DNA from: Chara braunii
Lineage: Eukaryota; Plantae; Charophyceae
Assembly (NCBI GenBank): GCA_003427395.1
Contig: BFEA01000001.1
Coordinates: forward strand, 6,902,890 to 6,955,031
DNA: 52,142 nucleotides
Reading direction: 5' to 3'
Each line of letters starts with the position of its first letter. The first letter of the stretch is position 1. Made by a program: the position numbers and the translations under genes. Positions 37,738-49,995 of this stretch are shown in pieces. Under the pieces are notes generated by a model. The model was not told the origin of the DNA. It did not search any database and saw only the letters and a list, made by a program, of their open reading frames with translations.

Positions 37738-38140
37738 CGGGACTAGACTGCAATCGGATCGTGTTAATGTTTTTTTTCTTCTCCTTGTATCTTGTATTTC
37801 TTTCCTGTTGTCATATTCTTTTTTGTCGGCACTTGGCCAACGGCATGAGTGGAGTCGATCCTCTACTCCTCACGTCGGCAATTGGAAATCCGCCCATGCG
37901 TCCGCGGGACAGATCGGCTCTCCAATTCTCTCTGCTTCCACGTGGCGGAAATCCAGCCAGATGCGGCGATGTCTCTTATACTCGACACAGCTTTGCACGT
38001 GGCAGAAAGCCGGCCGTTCTTCTGCGCGACACATCGGCGTTTCCGTTTCTCTACTTGATGTCCACTCGGTGGAAATAAAGTCAACTGCGATCTCTTTTAT
38101 ATTTGACACAGTTTTTTATTTGAGTTGTGCGATAGTATAT

Positions 38141-38255
38141 CCTCCTGATGAGTCGGTGAAACTCCGTCGAAACAATTTGTCACAGCCTCTCGTTTGTTGT
38201 CCTCTTTTCCCTCTCTCTCTGCCTACCGGGCAGCTCTGTTTGACGATATATATGC
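38141..38255 (+). ncRNA. Degenerate hammerhead motif plus conserved downstream repeat sequence
   Basis: CTGATGA-GTCGG-tgaaact-CCGTC-GAAA-caatttgtc-acagcc at 38145-38187. The tail gggcagctctgtttgacgatatata is shared with the 7745-family copies. Confidence 0.65.
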
Positions 38256-38540
38256 ATATAGGACATGTGGAGATTGATCTAGTGATAGATGGATGGATGG
38301 ATGGATGGATGGAAGGTTCTCGATTAGTGCATCATGTAATTCTTCTGAAAGGTTGGTGGATTTGTAGGTGGGAAAAAAGAATAGTGCGAATGATTCTGAT
38401 ATACAGGAGTAAATTAAGGGCCCCCTCGTCGCGGCACCTCCTGAAATCCTCCATGTAGGCAGATTAAGGGCCTCCTCGCTGCAGTACCTCCTGAAATCCT
38501 GTATAGGTGGATGGATAGGATGTGTATTTAGATTCCCCTA

Positions 38541-38645
38541 CCGTCTTCCCCCGAACACATCGCACCCTCATTTTGACCCTATCGGGCCGGAAACATACCT
38601 TGTGTACGTTCATTTTCAGGGTGCGTTATGTTCGGGGGAAGACGG
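38541..38645. mobile_element. 105-bp MITE, TA TSD (Tc1/mariner/pogo-type)
   Basis: TA-ccgtcttcccccgaaca ... tgttcgggggaagacgg-TA. A decayed relative lies at about 30090-30189. Confidence 0.88.
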
Positions 38646-39633
38646 TAGTGATGGATGCGAGGATGGATGGCTAGGCGGACTGTTGTCGGTGAGTGCATGT
38701 GATTCTGCTGAGAGGTTGGTGGATGTAGATGTGGAAAGAAAGGAATCGTGGCCGTCGGATCGTCGGTCGAACGGTGGCCGTCGGATCATCAATCGAACGG
38801 ACCAACTGAAGAAAGGGCGGGTCTCCTTAGTAATCAGGCTGCTGTAATAAAAGCAAGTGTTTTTTTTTTTTATAGCATGCACACTCACAGTAAGAGCCTC
38901 GTTCTTCGACGCCACTTGAAAATACTCGAGTTTCAAGTGCACACTAGAAGAGAAATGTGATTAATTTACACTAAGTTCCATGTACACTTGAGAAAACCCT
39001 TGAACAGCCCCTGCACTTGAAACCGAACTCCACGGCTTGCTGACCAATCAATCCTGGACCAGAATCGCCTGCTGATTGAACTCAAGGTAGGTACCTCGGG
39101 GAGGTACCTTGAGTTCAAGTGCGATTTAGGCCCAGCGGCACTTCCGCTGGCACTTGAACTCAAGGTAGGTACCTCGGGGAGGTACCTTGCGATTTGGGCC
39201 CAGCGGCACTTGAGAGTTTCAAGTATGCACACTAGAGAGCAGGAATTCAAAGTGAAAACATTACGGCGGGGGGGTCATCATGCCCTTGAAGGTGCGGTGA
39301 TGGTAGAGACTGTAACCTATGGAGGAGGTGCGGTGGAACACATGCAATCGGATCTTTTTTGGCATTCGGTTAATAATAGAGATGAGCAATGGATCGTTGT
39401 GTTGTTGGAGTGATTGACATGGAGTGAGCGTTTCGGGATAAATGAAAAGAAGGTCGCACCTCGCACATTTTGATCTTTCTTGCATGCAAGTATGATTCGA
39501 TTTTTGTTCGACTTGCATAAGACTCGTGTGGAGGGGCTATTCCTCCCACCACGCAGGAATTGCCATCCCCCCCCCCCCACCTTTCTGAACCTGCGGTGCT
39601 ATTTTTTTTTCACTCGCGTTTCCTTCCTTGCAG

Positions 39634-40178
39634 CAGAGTTCTTTGATCGGAGTTCCTGCGTCTGATAAGACCTCCATCGAGGCAGAAGACGGAGTGGTGG
39701 TGAATGACGTTGTGGAAGATCCGAGGTGCTTGGACGGGCTGATACCACGTAATACTGGCAAAGGAATTTTGGAGGCGGAGGCAGATGAAGAGGAAGGGTG
39801 TACGGCCCTCCCGTTCGATGCACCTGCTAATAATAACGGCACTGCTTTCGCAGTGACTCTGCAGCCAGATTTGACAAGTGGCCAGGCGCCGGAGATTAAA
39901 GAACAGCTCTCTTACTCGAAACAGGGAGGGGATATGGATGGATCAGCGGGTGCTGCTGTGTGGGATGGGCCGTCTGCGGCGGGAACAACAGGAACTGTTG
40001 TCTCTGGTGGTACAGCCCACTCGCCTCTCAGTAGAAAGGAGGAGCAGAGAAATGAGGAGAGCGGCGTTATGCCGTGGGGATTTGCGAATGGGGATGATCC
40101 GTCTGTCTGCAGCATTTGCCTCGAAGAGATTCGTTTGGAGGAAGTCGCACAGATCAAGGGCTGTGAGCATGTCTACTG
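39634..40178 (+). CDS. C3HC4 RING-finger protein (putative E3 ubiquitin ligase), exon with N-terminal half of RING
   Basis: Polypyrimidine tract + ttgcag/cag acceptor. Open frame to CSICLEEIRLEEVAQIKGCEHVY(C). Donor TG|gtgagt. The start codon or upstream exon was not identified; the first in-frame ATG is at 39934. Confidence 0.85.
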
Positions 40179-40421
40179 GTGAGTGAGCTCATCTTCCATC
40201 TTTCCCCGCTCCTTTGTTAATTAATTATCGTTGTTATATTTCTTTTCTTTTTTTTTTCTATTCAAGGTGCGGGGCGAGGAGGGGGGAGAGGGAGGGGGTC
40301 CGGGGGGTATTTATATAAAGATCTGTCCTCAGCGTCTGAATGCGAGCACGCGGTTTTTACGAGTACTTGGAGAAGGAAAGGCATGTGCAGGGAGATCCGG
40401 GGAGTGCATGTGAACTAACTA

Positions 40422-40457
<36 letters not shown>

Positions 40458-40648
40458 AAATGGCCAGGGGTTGGTCGGGGAAAGAGAGAATGTATGGGCG
40501 ATTGCTAACTCACGAGTTCAAACGCCGGGGTATTTATTTGATCGACGTTATTATTATCGACCTGAGGGAAATGGTGGTTGGTGGTGGGAGAGGGGTGTGG
40601 TTGTTTTTTCTTCTTTTGCCGTTACGGCCGTTCACATCTTCAGCCTCC

Positions 40649-40813
40649 TTAAACCACCAGTACTTGGCCCAGCTATCGGCCGCCGAAAAAAAATAGAGTA
40701 GAAACGTTTCTAGTTGGATGAATTTGGGCGCTCCTGTAGTGGCCCGTACGTTTCTTAAAATCGTTGTGGCTTGTTAACGGACACGACTTTAGGAAGTACT
40801 GCTGGTGGTTTAA
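40649..40813. mobile_element. TTAA-flanked MITE in RING gene intron
   Basis: TTAA-accaccag...ctggtggt-TTAA. It is an inverted copy of 47748-47909. Confidence 0.88.
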
Positions 40814-41925
40814 CCGCTGGTTCGGACGAGGCAGTAGTGGATTCATCTTCAGGCACTTGGGACCACCAGATCGGAGGAGGCTACATGCACGTATTAGTGA
40901 AAATGAGAGCCTCCTGAGCGGTAGCAGTTTCTTGAAAAACTGCTGTGGTACTGGTATGCGACCGTTTCAGGAGGCTCGAAAGGCAGGCAGGTGTGAACCT
41001 GGTTCAGACTGCAGCCTGTGCCCTGATAGGTTTTTTTTTTTTTTTTTCCTGTGGTTCTGTAAACGTTTTTGTCTTTGGTATCATCCGTTTGCGTGTTTCG
41101 ACATGGGGGCTCCTGCAAGGCTGAGACAACACACCATTGGCAGTATGTGCAGGCGTGGGCGCAATTGCAGTCGACAGTTAGGAGAGTGCTTGTGTGAGTG
41201 TGACCTCAGTGCTGTCGGCGATGTGTGCAAGGGCAACGCACATCATCGCTGGTATGGGACTTGCCACACCACTGATCAATTGTGTGCAAAGTGAGGATGA
41301 ATCTTCCGCAATTACATGGAAAGCTACACTGTCATATATTTTCTCTGTTTTGCATTTGGTGAGTGGTGTGGCACTACGAGCACCCCACGTGAAGTGGCAA
41401 GACACATTTGTCAGCACTGTTGGTCGGGAATGTATCTTACCACCTTCGTTGATATATTCATCACGGACACCAAAGGGCCGCCACCTTCGTCGATATGTTC
41501 ATCAGGAAATCGGATCTTTTTTTTGCTGTCCACCACCAGCCTTATCTGTTTGGTAGGCCAACCCCCGAAGCACATGGGCCGGTTAATGGCCGTGTGGGAA
41601 AGCTAGCTGGGAAACGTAGTGGGGGGTTGATAAATTAAACATATAGGGGATGGGATTGGAGCTCGTAGTCCATGGATGAAAAAAAAAAAGGTAGCGGATG
41701 TTTGGTATTGTTTACCGTTCAATCGCTCAGCCATGTGAAAGCGTAGCAGCCTTGTTTTCACATGCTCAATCACTGGTGTTAATGAAACTTGGTCTTAATT
41801 GGTACTGATTGCCGTGTGTTCACTTTTGTGCGCTTGATCTGTGTTGTTGTGTCTATCCCTTGGCTGGGGTGGGGTGGGGTGGGGTGGTATGGGGGTGCGC
41901 ATTCACCTGGATTGCGATACTGAAG

Positions 41926-42030
41926 TGCTCAGTGCATCCTTCGCTGGGCCACATACAAGGATGATCCCTGGTGTCCACAGTGCAGAAATCATTTTCATTC
42001 GCTTTACACTTTTCGTGATCTTCGAGGAAG
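41926..42030 (+). CDS. RING-finger protein, internal 105-nt exon
   Basis: Reads (C)AQCILRWATYKDDPWCPQCRNHFHSLYTFRDLRG(S), completing the C3HC4 ligands. Boundaries aag| and |gtaggc. Phase 2-2 matches both neighbouring exons. Confidence 0.92.
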
Positions 42031-43224
42031 GTAGGCCATCCACATGTTGTTGACCATGCAGTGAGTGATGTGGTGGAATGACTACGGTAGGTGGTGTGAA
42101 ATCTGTGTACGCTCATCGGTTTTGCCGAACTTCACGTCCTGTTGGAACAGAAAATCACTGACTGTTCTAGATAGTGTCTCCTGCTTTGGGGACCATCTGG
42201 CCATTGTTGGCGAGTCATTGCTGGCTTCCACCATTGTTGGCGATTCATTGCTGGCTTGATTATTGTATTGCTTACGGTCAGGTTGTTGGTGCTGTGTACT
42301 TTGTTTGTATTTGCTGGCTGGACTATTGTATTGCGTCCTGTCAGGTTGTAAGTGCTGTGTGTACTTGGTTCTCTTCTTTGAAATCAAAGTCTGGGTTATA
42401 TGTGCCTGTATCCTGCTGGAAATTCGACCAAATCCTCCCCCCCCCCCCCCACTACAGAAATTGGTTATGGTCAGGATCTGGGCTGCATACTGTGGCTGAA
42501 GGCCTCAGATAAGATCAGCCCAACATACTGTTACGACCCCAAGCTCCTCCCTGACTCCCTCTTCCCCTCCTTCTGTGGCAAGGCTCGACGTCCACATTCC
42601 TTGGCCCCACCTTCTGCATCTCCGTCTCCCCAATGTCATCTCCCCTCATCCCCGTTTAGGATGCACTACTGCTCACTGTGCAAGCAAAGCACCATTTAGT
42701 TGTGATCTGTTCATGTTTGATTGTTGCGAATCTGATGGATGACATGCATCACGGAGAAGAGGCCCTGCTCCGAGGCTGAGCGCAATGGAGTTCAAGTGTC
42801 AGCCTCTGCAAGGGAAGGCAGGTGTCATGTTCTGGTCTGCACTTCTCTTATCGGTTAACACTTTCAGAAGTTTTGCGGTGTTATTTCAGCACAGCAAATA
42901 CCATATCTTGGAAGGCAATCAATGCCTGTGTGATACACCATCCGATCGTGTTTGCATCGGTGCATGCGATCTACTGTTATTTTTTGCTGCAGCTCACTAT
43001 ACATATTGCAATGTAGAGCAATCCGTGTGTGTGACGATTCTGTGACTGATCCTTCTCTTGCATGTGCGTGCTGTCTTTGTGTCCGGCCTTTCTGAAATGT
43101 CCTCTTTCTGTGCTGTGCTACTAACCATAGCCCTTGCACATCCCTTGTGGGAGGTGTCTCTGATAAGGACGAGACTTGACTCCGTGACGTGATTGCTTGT
43201 GTGTGTGTGGCAATGTGGCTACAG

Positions 43225-43717
43225 TCTTCGTGATTCTATGGTGGAGGAGAGTGTCTGCCTTTTGTTGAGGGCGAAGTGGTTCAAGCATGAGGTGGTTCGG
43301 CAGGAAGCAGAGGAGACAGATTTGAGAGAGTTTCAGTACTCGTATCAGGATGAGGTACTGGAAGATGATGGATATGGATACGATGACTACTATGTCCCGG
43401 CGGTGCGGCTTGGGAATCGGCGGTGGGGAGGGACCGGGTATGTCCGGAGCGGACGAAAAGAGGCCCGTGTCGTCAACAGCACATCCTCACCAGGTGCAGA
43501 TGGGGCTGCCTCCTCCTCAGGAGGTACAGGTAAGGGGAAAGGTAAGGGAGGTGAACCTCTTGGCAGACGTGCGAAACGACAGCAGAAACGAGAAGCCATG
43601 GACAAAGCTGCTGCGGAGAAACTCCTGCAGCAGCCACAGCAGCGGCAAGCTCAGAAAAGGTCGGCAATCCACCGTAGCAGCTGCTTAACAGATACAGCAA
43701 GTGGGGCTCTTAAGTAA
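43225..43717 (+). CDS. RING-finger protein, terminal exon
   Basis: Acceptor tacag|, then LRDSMVEESVCLLLRAKWF...RLGNRRWGGTGYVRSGRKEAR...GRRAKR...stop. I recall these motifs as conserved in a green-plant RING family. Confidence 0.9.
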
Positions 43718-44749
43718 GCGATTGCAATTATTGCTTGTTGGGATCAAGCTTCTGCCGTTTGGTCTGTAGACTAGCAGGTATTCGAAATGGGGCACAGCTT
43801 AAAACATTGTTAGCGATGGATGGAATAAGTGCCGAAACTGCATGGCCCGGCAGTTGTCGCAGGTTATCCACCTGCGTGGAAGTGAACAATTGAGAATGTC
43901 AATTTTTTACCCAGAAGGCCAAACATACCTTGGTGTAAGTAGGCTTGTTGACCCTTTGGGCTGCATGTACGTGCGCAGCGTGCAGCCACCTTGCATGCAT
44001 GTCTTGAGAGAGACCTGGTCAAGTCGACGTGCCACACGGAAAGAAGATGGCCACTTTGGCAATTTATAATTATCTTTCCGATCGTCTGTCTGTGATTCTG
44101 GTCTCTCATTTCTGTGCTTCCTCTGTGAATTACTGCAGCAGCAGACAGGGCAGTTGTCAATGGCTGCCGCCAATCGACGTACTCACTCAGTGCTGCTCCT
44201 TTGATCCACTGGGGAAAGAGAATGCGAGCTTTAATCCCTTGGAAAAAGGGTGCTGTGGGACTAGTCTAGGGTGCTGTGGGACTAGTCTTCTGCCCTCCCC
44301 CCCCTCCTTTCCCCCCACCCTTTTCTTTGGGTGCTGTTCAAGTAGAAAGCAAAGAAATGGAAGACTGATTGGGATGCTGTACCGTCGTGATTGTTTGGAC
44401 GGGCAAAGGGCCGAGGAACCATGTCGAGCACTCAGTGCACAGTCTTCCAAAAGGTATGACTCTGCTCTGCTCTGAATTCCACGTTTCAGGCTGACGCGTG
44501 ACAATGAAGAAAGTGGCGTGTCCTTCTCTTAAACTGCCACTGACCTTTCATAGGCAATCTTTTGTGAGGAATTGGTTGACATCCGCATTCTTCGGGTGCT
44601 CAGCCGTTGGGCCCTCTTTGGCTGACGTTGCTGGCCAAAGAGAAAAAGAACGAGCGGCGACCTGGTTTGTCTTGAACGCAGCATAAATCCGCCATGGAAA
44701 AAAGAGCCGTGGAGGTAGAGGTGGTTTGTGGTGGGGGTGGGGATGGGTC

Positions 44750-45500
44750 ATAATAAAAAAAAATGCTGCTGCCGGCAACACTGTACGCAGGAGTCTTTGC
44801 AGTGTATGGTGGTGGCCAAAAGCTTCTGGGAAAGGTGCATGCATGTGACGGTAATTGGGTGAGTTGGACGTACGTGGAGGACATGAAAGTGTTCTCAGCT
44901 AAAGAAGTGAACTTTCTCCCACAATGCAGTGAAGTTTCTCCGGTGAGATGAAAGGTTTGCAGTGCTGGCATTATGGCTTGTAATGATCAGCCGCCGCGAT
45001 GCAAGTAGAGTGTTGTTGATCTCCTTAGGGGAAGCTGTCTGCAGTGGAATCTACCTCCTGTGCATGTGCTCGGAGGAGTATGTATATATATCTACAGTGA
45101 TGTGAGGTAATGACTTGAAAAAACCTCGGAGGAGTGTTTGCAGTGTTAGAGGGCGTATTTCCAACTTAGGAACACACCCTATTAATAGAAAGTTTCTCAT
45201 GAAGAGGATGTGTGGTGTGACGAGTGGCCTGCAGGGCTTTCTCACCACTGGTTCACATTCGTTGGTGTGACGACATCGGCGGAGTGTAAGGCGTTGTGAA
45301 GCGGTGTGGCGTTGGCTGCTGATTAGACACTCTTGTGGTAGTTTAGGGGAAAAAAGGTAATTTGGGAGGAGAAACCTGGCTCCCATCCAATTGGAGGAGG
45401 TGTGAATGGGGATGCTGTTGTCATATTCCTGGAGACGCAGACAGAGGGTGGCCGCTTGTTGTCCAAGCTTTGCTCTTTGGTTGATTGAACCCTCAACAGC
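44750..45500 (-). mobile_element. Possible decayed LINE ORF2 C-terminal remnant
   Basis: Fragments IGCVPKLEIRP, CQHC and GETSLHC across frames resemble the LINE 3' region. Weak. Confidence 0.3.
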
Positions 45501-45530
45501 TGTAGAAGCTTGTGCAGTCTGTGAATATCA

Positions 45531-45536
<6 letters not shown>

Positions 45537-45612
<76 letters not shown>
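45537..45612. repeat. (GT)n(GA)n compound microsatellite
   Basis: Direct observation. Confidence 0.95.
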
Positions 45613-45615
<3 letters not shown>

Positions 45616-46481
45616 ATTTTGGAACATGGAGATGGATTAGAGATGTGGTCTAGTGTGTTGCAGGTGTGACCAAGGAGATGAGTCTGGGCGGGAAGAAGTG
45701 AAAGTGGGAGGGAACTTTTATGAAATATTGTCCGGAGTAGGATATACCGTATGGGGCATTATGGGCATACGGTTCTCCTTCTCGTCTACGTCTGTCCTCA
45801 GCTCCATTCTCATAACTGAAGCGCGGCGCGATCTGGCAGCACGTGCGCTCAGCTGTAAAATATGACATTTGGTTTTCGAAAGTGAAACTGTAGTGACCAT
45901 TCAAATTCTTTTGTAAACAGCTCTTATCCTTTTTGCATTTTTATCCTTCATGTGCATTTTGATTGCTTGCACACGCAACAGGCTCCTCTTGATGCAGGGT
46001 GCCATTTGTGTGCTGCTTCTTCTTGTGTTAATGGCGATATCAATTTGTGACTGTACACCAAGGATGAACATACTATCAGGGCGCTCCCCAACTTTCCATG
46101 CGAAGGTGAAATGCCAAAAGTCTCTCGGTGTGCGGTGCGGTGTACTTTTCTTTGTTGATTTCTTGGTTTGGTTCATTATTTTAATATTTTCTAATATATT
46201 TTGGGAATTATGGCGTGTATCTCTGGGGGGCGGTGTACTCTCTTCTGTTGATCCTTTGGTTTCGTTCCTTATTTTGGATTCTTTTTGGCTATTCTGGCGG
46301 GCGTTTTTCCGTCTGGTCTGTTCTTTTGTCCCTCGGTTCCCTGATTCGTCGGTTTTTGCAAGCGCCTGATGCCTGTGGTTATGTCAGGGTCTCCAATTGG
46401 TTGTCCATACAAATGTGCCAAACATTGAAGCCATGCGGTTCCCTGATTCGTCGGTTCTTGCAGGCCAGTGCGCACTTGGCG

Positions 46482-46826
46482 AATGCGTCTGCCAGGTATA
46501 TGTTTACTGTTTACACAGTCTGGGCTTCAAATGGCAAGCTGATTGAAGCCCCATGCGGGCCGGTCTTGTCTGCCGGGCGCATCCACTGTTTGGATGTCTG
46601 CATGGTATGTTTACACAGTCTGGGCTTCAAATGGCAAGCTGATTGAAGCCCCATGCGGGCCCGCATGGCCTTGTCCACCGGACGTATCCACTTTTTGGAT
46701 CGCAAATGCGTCTGCCAGGTATATGTTTACACAGGCTGGGCTTCAAATGGCAAGCTGATTGAAGCCCCATGCGGGCCCGCATGGCCTTGTCCGCCGGATG
46801 TATCCACTGTTTGGATGTCTGCATGG
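46482..46826. repeat. 100-116-bp tandem repeat x3 composed of hairpins
   Basis: tttacacag(t/g)ctgggcttcaaatggcaagctgattgaagccccatgcgggcc at about 46510, 46610 and 46726. Confidence 0.92.
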
Positions 46827-47747
46827 CAGGCAACTGTGGTACTACCGACAGGTACTGGCGATTTGATTCATAGGTGTAATGTTTTTACCGGAAAAGGTAA
46901 GACGACCCTTAAAAGGAAAGTCCTCAAAACCAAGTTTTGTCCGCAGGAATGATTTTGGGCCTCGCCACACCGACGCTGGAAATGAGAAAAAGACAAAAAT
47001 GTGGCGGGTGCATCTCGTCAGGTTCTAGCAGGAAGTTCATTCTCACTTTTTGCACATTTCTAGAGTGGTGTGGCAATGCCGTTTGTTTACTGGCTCTTTG
47101 TCTTGCTATACTGATAGAGCATGCTTACACTAGGACTTTTTCACTTATTCTGGACGAAATTGCGGCCAGATGCATGCAGGCGTGGCCGAAATTGGGGTCT
47201 GATGCATTTTGGAAAGTGCTAGTGTGAGTATGCCCTGATAGAGCATGCCTACAGTCTTGAGGAGAGAATGGTATTGGATCTTGGAGCGCAGCGATCGCCA
47301 CGAGAAAAGAAAGGATTCCTGAATGTGACACTGGTGGGTATGCGGCGAGTTTCACACATTACCAAAAATGGAAAAGGATTTAAAGGAACGTTTACGGCAT
47401 ACAGGTATATTCTCGTCGCTGATGTCCTCTGCTGTGGGGCATTATATGCTCACTCTCACCTGCACCTGCCGATGCTTTTTCGGCAGCGATGGATCCATTT
47501 GTGCGCCATCGGGGCTGCTTACGGATGCACCGGGGAATGCACCGTTCCTCCGCGAGGGGACCGTATCTTCCGTCGTCCCTGCCAGCTGTGAAGAAACAGT
47601 CAGCCACAGACCCCCAATCATTCGCGCAGACAAGGACGCACTGACCCACGCACACACAAGGAGTTCTTTCAGCATTATTACGAAGTTTGGGTGTCTCGGA
47701 TGGAGAAAGCCGTCACAAAGAATTGGGGGAAACCTGGCAAAATTGTG

Positions 47748-47909
47748 TTAAACCACCAGTACTTCTTCCTAGAGTCGTGCCCGTTAACGCGCCATAATTT
47801 TAGGAAACGTACGGGCCACTACAGGAGCACCCAAATTCATCCGACTAGAAACGTTTCTACTCTACTTTGTTTTCGTGGCTGATAGCTGGGCCAAGTACTG
47901 GTGGTTTAA
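47748..47909. mobile_element. TTAA-flanked MITE
   Basis: TTAA-accaccagtactt ... aagtactggtggt-TTAA. It is the reverse complement of the 40649 copy. Confidence 0.9.
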
Positions 47910-49623
47910 CGCAGGTATATGCATTTTTGTTGTTGTTGAACCATCACAGGTGTGGGCGGGACCGTGAAGTCAAGTTAGTTACGTTGTGGGAGTCCCTTCT
48001 TTACGGTTTTGAGGGTTGGTTGGTTGGTTTTAGACTGGCTTCTGGGTTCTGGACTGCTGGGTGCGCCCTTTCACGGGCTGTAGTGGGCTCAACAGTTTTG
48101 CCCTTGCATGGCCTGGGGGGGGGGGGGGGGGGGGGGTGCGCTCAACAGGCGTTTGCTGCAACGTACCATGATTTGCTGTTTTTCTGTAGTCTGGGGAGGG
48201 GTTGACGTTTGGGGGATTGTCCAGTACACGCAGTGGTGCACCATCTCATTATTCCCATGTTGTGTAGAGGTGCCTTGTGGCTGCTGACTGATCTGATCTG
48301 ATCTGATCTGCCAGTGTCGAAAAGCGAAAGTGCCCTCTGCAGGGTTCTGATTGGATCATCAGCCTGTGATGAGGTGTGTATAATATAAGAAAGAGCCTAC
48401 CGCTTCAAGATGTGTGCAAGTTTGAAAGTGTTTGGCATACCTGTGAACCGTTGCGCTAGTAGTCTGGCTGGCTGCGAAGGGAATGGTTGGGTAGGCTGTA
48501 GTGTGTTCTCCAAAGCACTTCTTACGGCATACTTATAGTCTAGTACGCTCCTAAATGCATCTGATCGCGATCACGGCCTTTTTAGTATATGAATCTGACC
48601 TCAGTCACGGTCAGGGCTTAGTAGACAAAGCCGTAGTGTGAGCACGCCCTCTTATATTTGATGCCTTGACGAGTAGATTACGCTGAGGAAGTCATCGCCA
48701 TGGAACAGCACAGCTCGGTGTCAGGGCGGCAGAACCGAACTCCTGTAACACATTACATCACAAGCCACGTTGTTCAATTTATTTTATTCTGCTGGTGGTG
48801 CAAAAGGATGCAGTGCTTTTGATGACGTCCTTGCCTGGTGGGGACTAGATGGATAGACTCGTTCAGGTGCCAAAAATTTAGGGTGGGCAATTTAGGGCCC
48901 AGTGGCCCCACTGTACTGGTGCTGTGAACCGGCAGTACACCAGGTCCTGCACGCTCCTTGGTGCGCGCCAAGGCTTGACGAACCACCCGCGGCGCACTTT
49001 TTTTCTTTGTTGACTGGCGCCGCCAGCCATTGTGGTCCGGTAGGCCGAGCCTCCAAATTTTCGTGGGCTATGGGTTTCTTTTTCAGCAAGGCTGGGGCCG
49101 TGTACTGGCGGTTTAAACTATCAGTGCAGCGGAGCCAAAACAAGGCTCTTTCCAGCGGACGAGGAATAACCTGCTGCCACGTATCAAGGTGGGGCGATAC
49201 CATGAGGACTGACCGTGCTGCTTTAGTGGGAATGGGAAGAAGGGTGATACTACGTGGGTTGGGTGGTACCTTGTGGACTGGGCGGTCTGGCCGCAGAGTA
49301 TTGTGTGAGAGTAGGCCATTGTATATGGACTGGATGGTACTGTGCGGCTCATGTGGTAGAATTCATGATACGTGGGTGATGCTACTTGCACCGGATGGTG
49401 TAATGTGGGGTATATGTGTGGTGCTATGTGGGGGCTAGGCTGTGCCACCCCCACAACCTCCACCCAGAAAGGAGGACTTGGCCTCGTTAAATTTGGAACA
49501 TTGCACTATGTCGGCTGGGCGGTATCACGAGTAGTGAGTGGGTGATATTATGGGGGCTGGGCAGTAACATGGGGACTGGCAGTACCGCGTTGGGTGGGTC
49601 ATCACAGCCATGAAACACGCACG

Positions 49624-49674
49624 CAACCTCTTGATGAGCTGGTGAAAACTCCGATGAAACAGTCTGGCACAACC
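49624..49674 (+). ncRNA. Degenerate hammerhead motif
   Basis: caacctc-TTGATGA-gctgg-tgaaaact-ccgat-GAAA-cagtctggcacaacc. Confidence 0.5.
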
Positions 49675-49818
49675 ATGCTTTTTTTGTGTGTGTGGAATTC
49701 CACACAAAAAAACACACGCTTAAATGTGTATAACGAATGGGCCCACAATCATGCTCTTTTGTGTGGAATTTGTATATAACGACGTGACAACACAGCCCCC
49801 CCCGAAAAAAACACATGC

Positions 49819-49995
49819 TTAAACCACCAGTGCTTCCAGGGCACTTTTCTCCGGGGTGGAAAATGCCCTGCGGGCCAAAGAAAAACAAACAGCTGCGGGC
49901 CCCCTTCTGGCTGGCACCGCCCGCCATTTCGACCTCTGGAAGCTTTAGCTGCATGCAAGCTGCATATTTATTGTTTGGCTGGGAAACGTACTGGT
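49819..49995. mobile_element. MITE fragment of the ACCACCAG/TTAA family
   Basis: TTAA-accaccagtg..., similar to 12577-12745. Confidence 0.6.

Noticed and set aside
37718-38458. 246-aa ORF
   Set aside because: It runs through repeats (micro-MITE end, hammerhead relic, GATG repeat) and has no recognisable domain.
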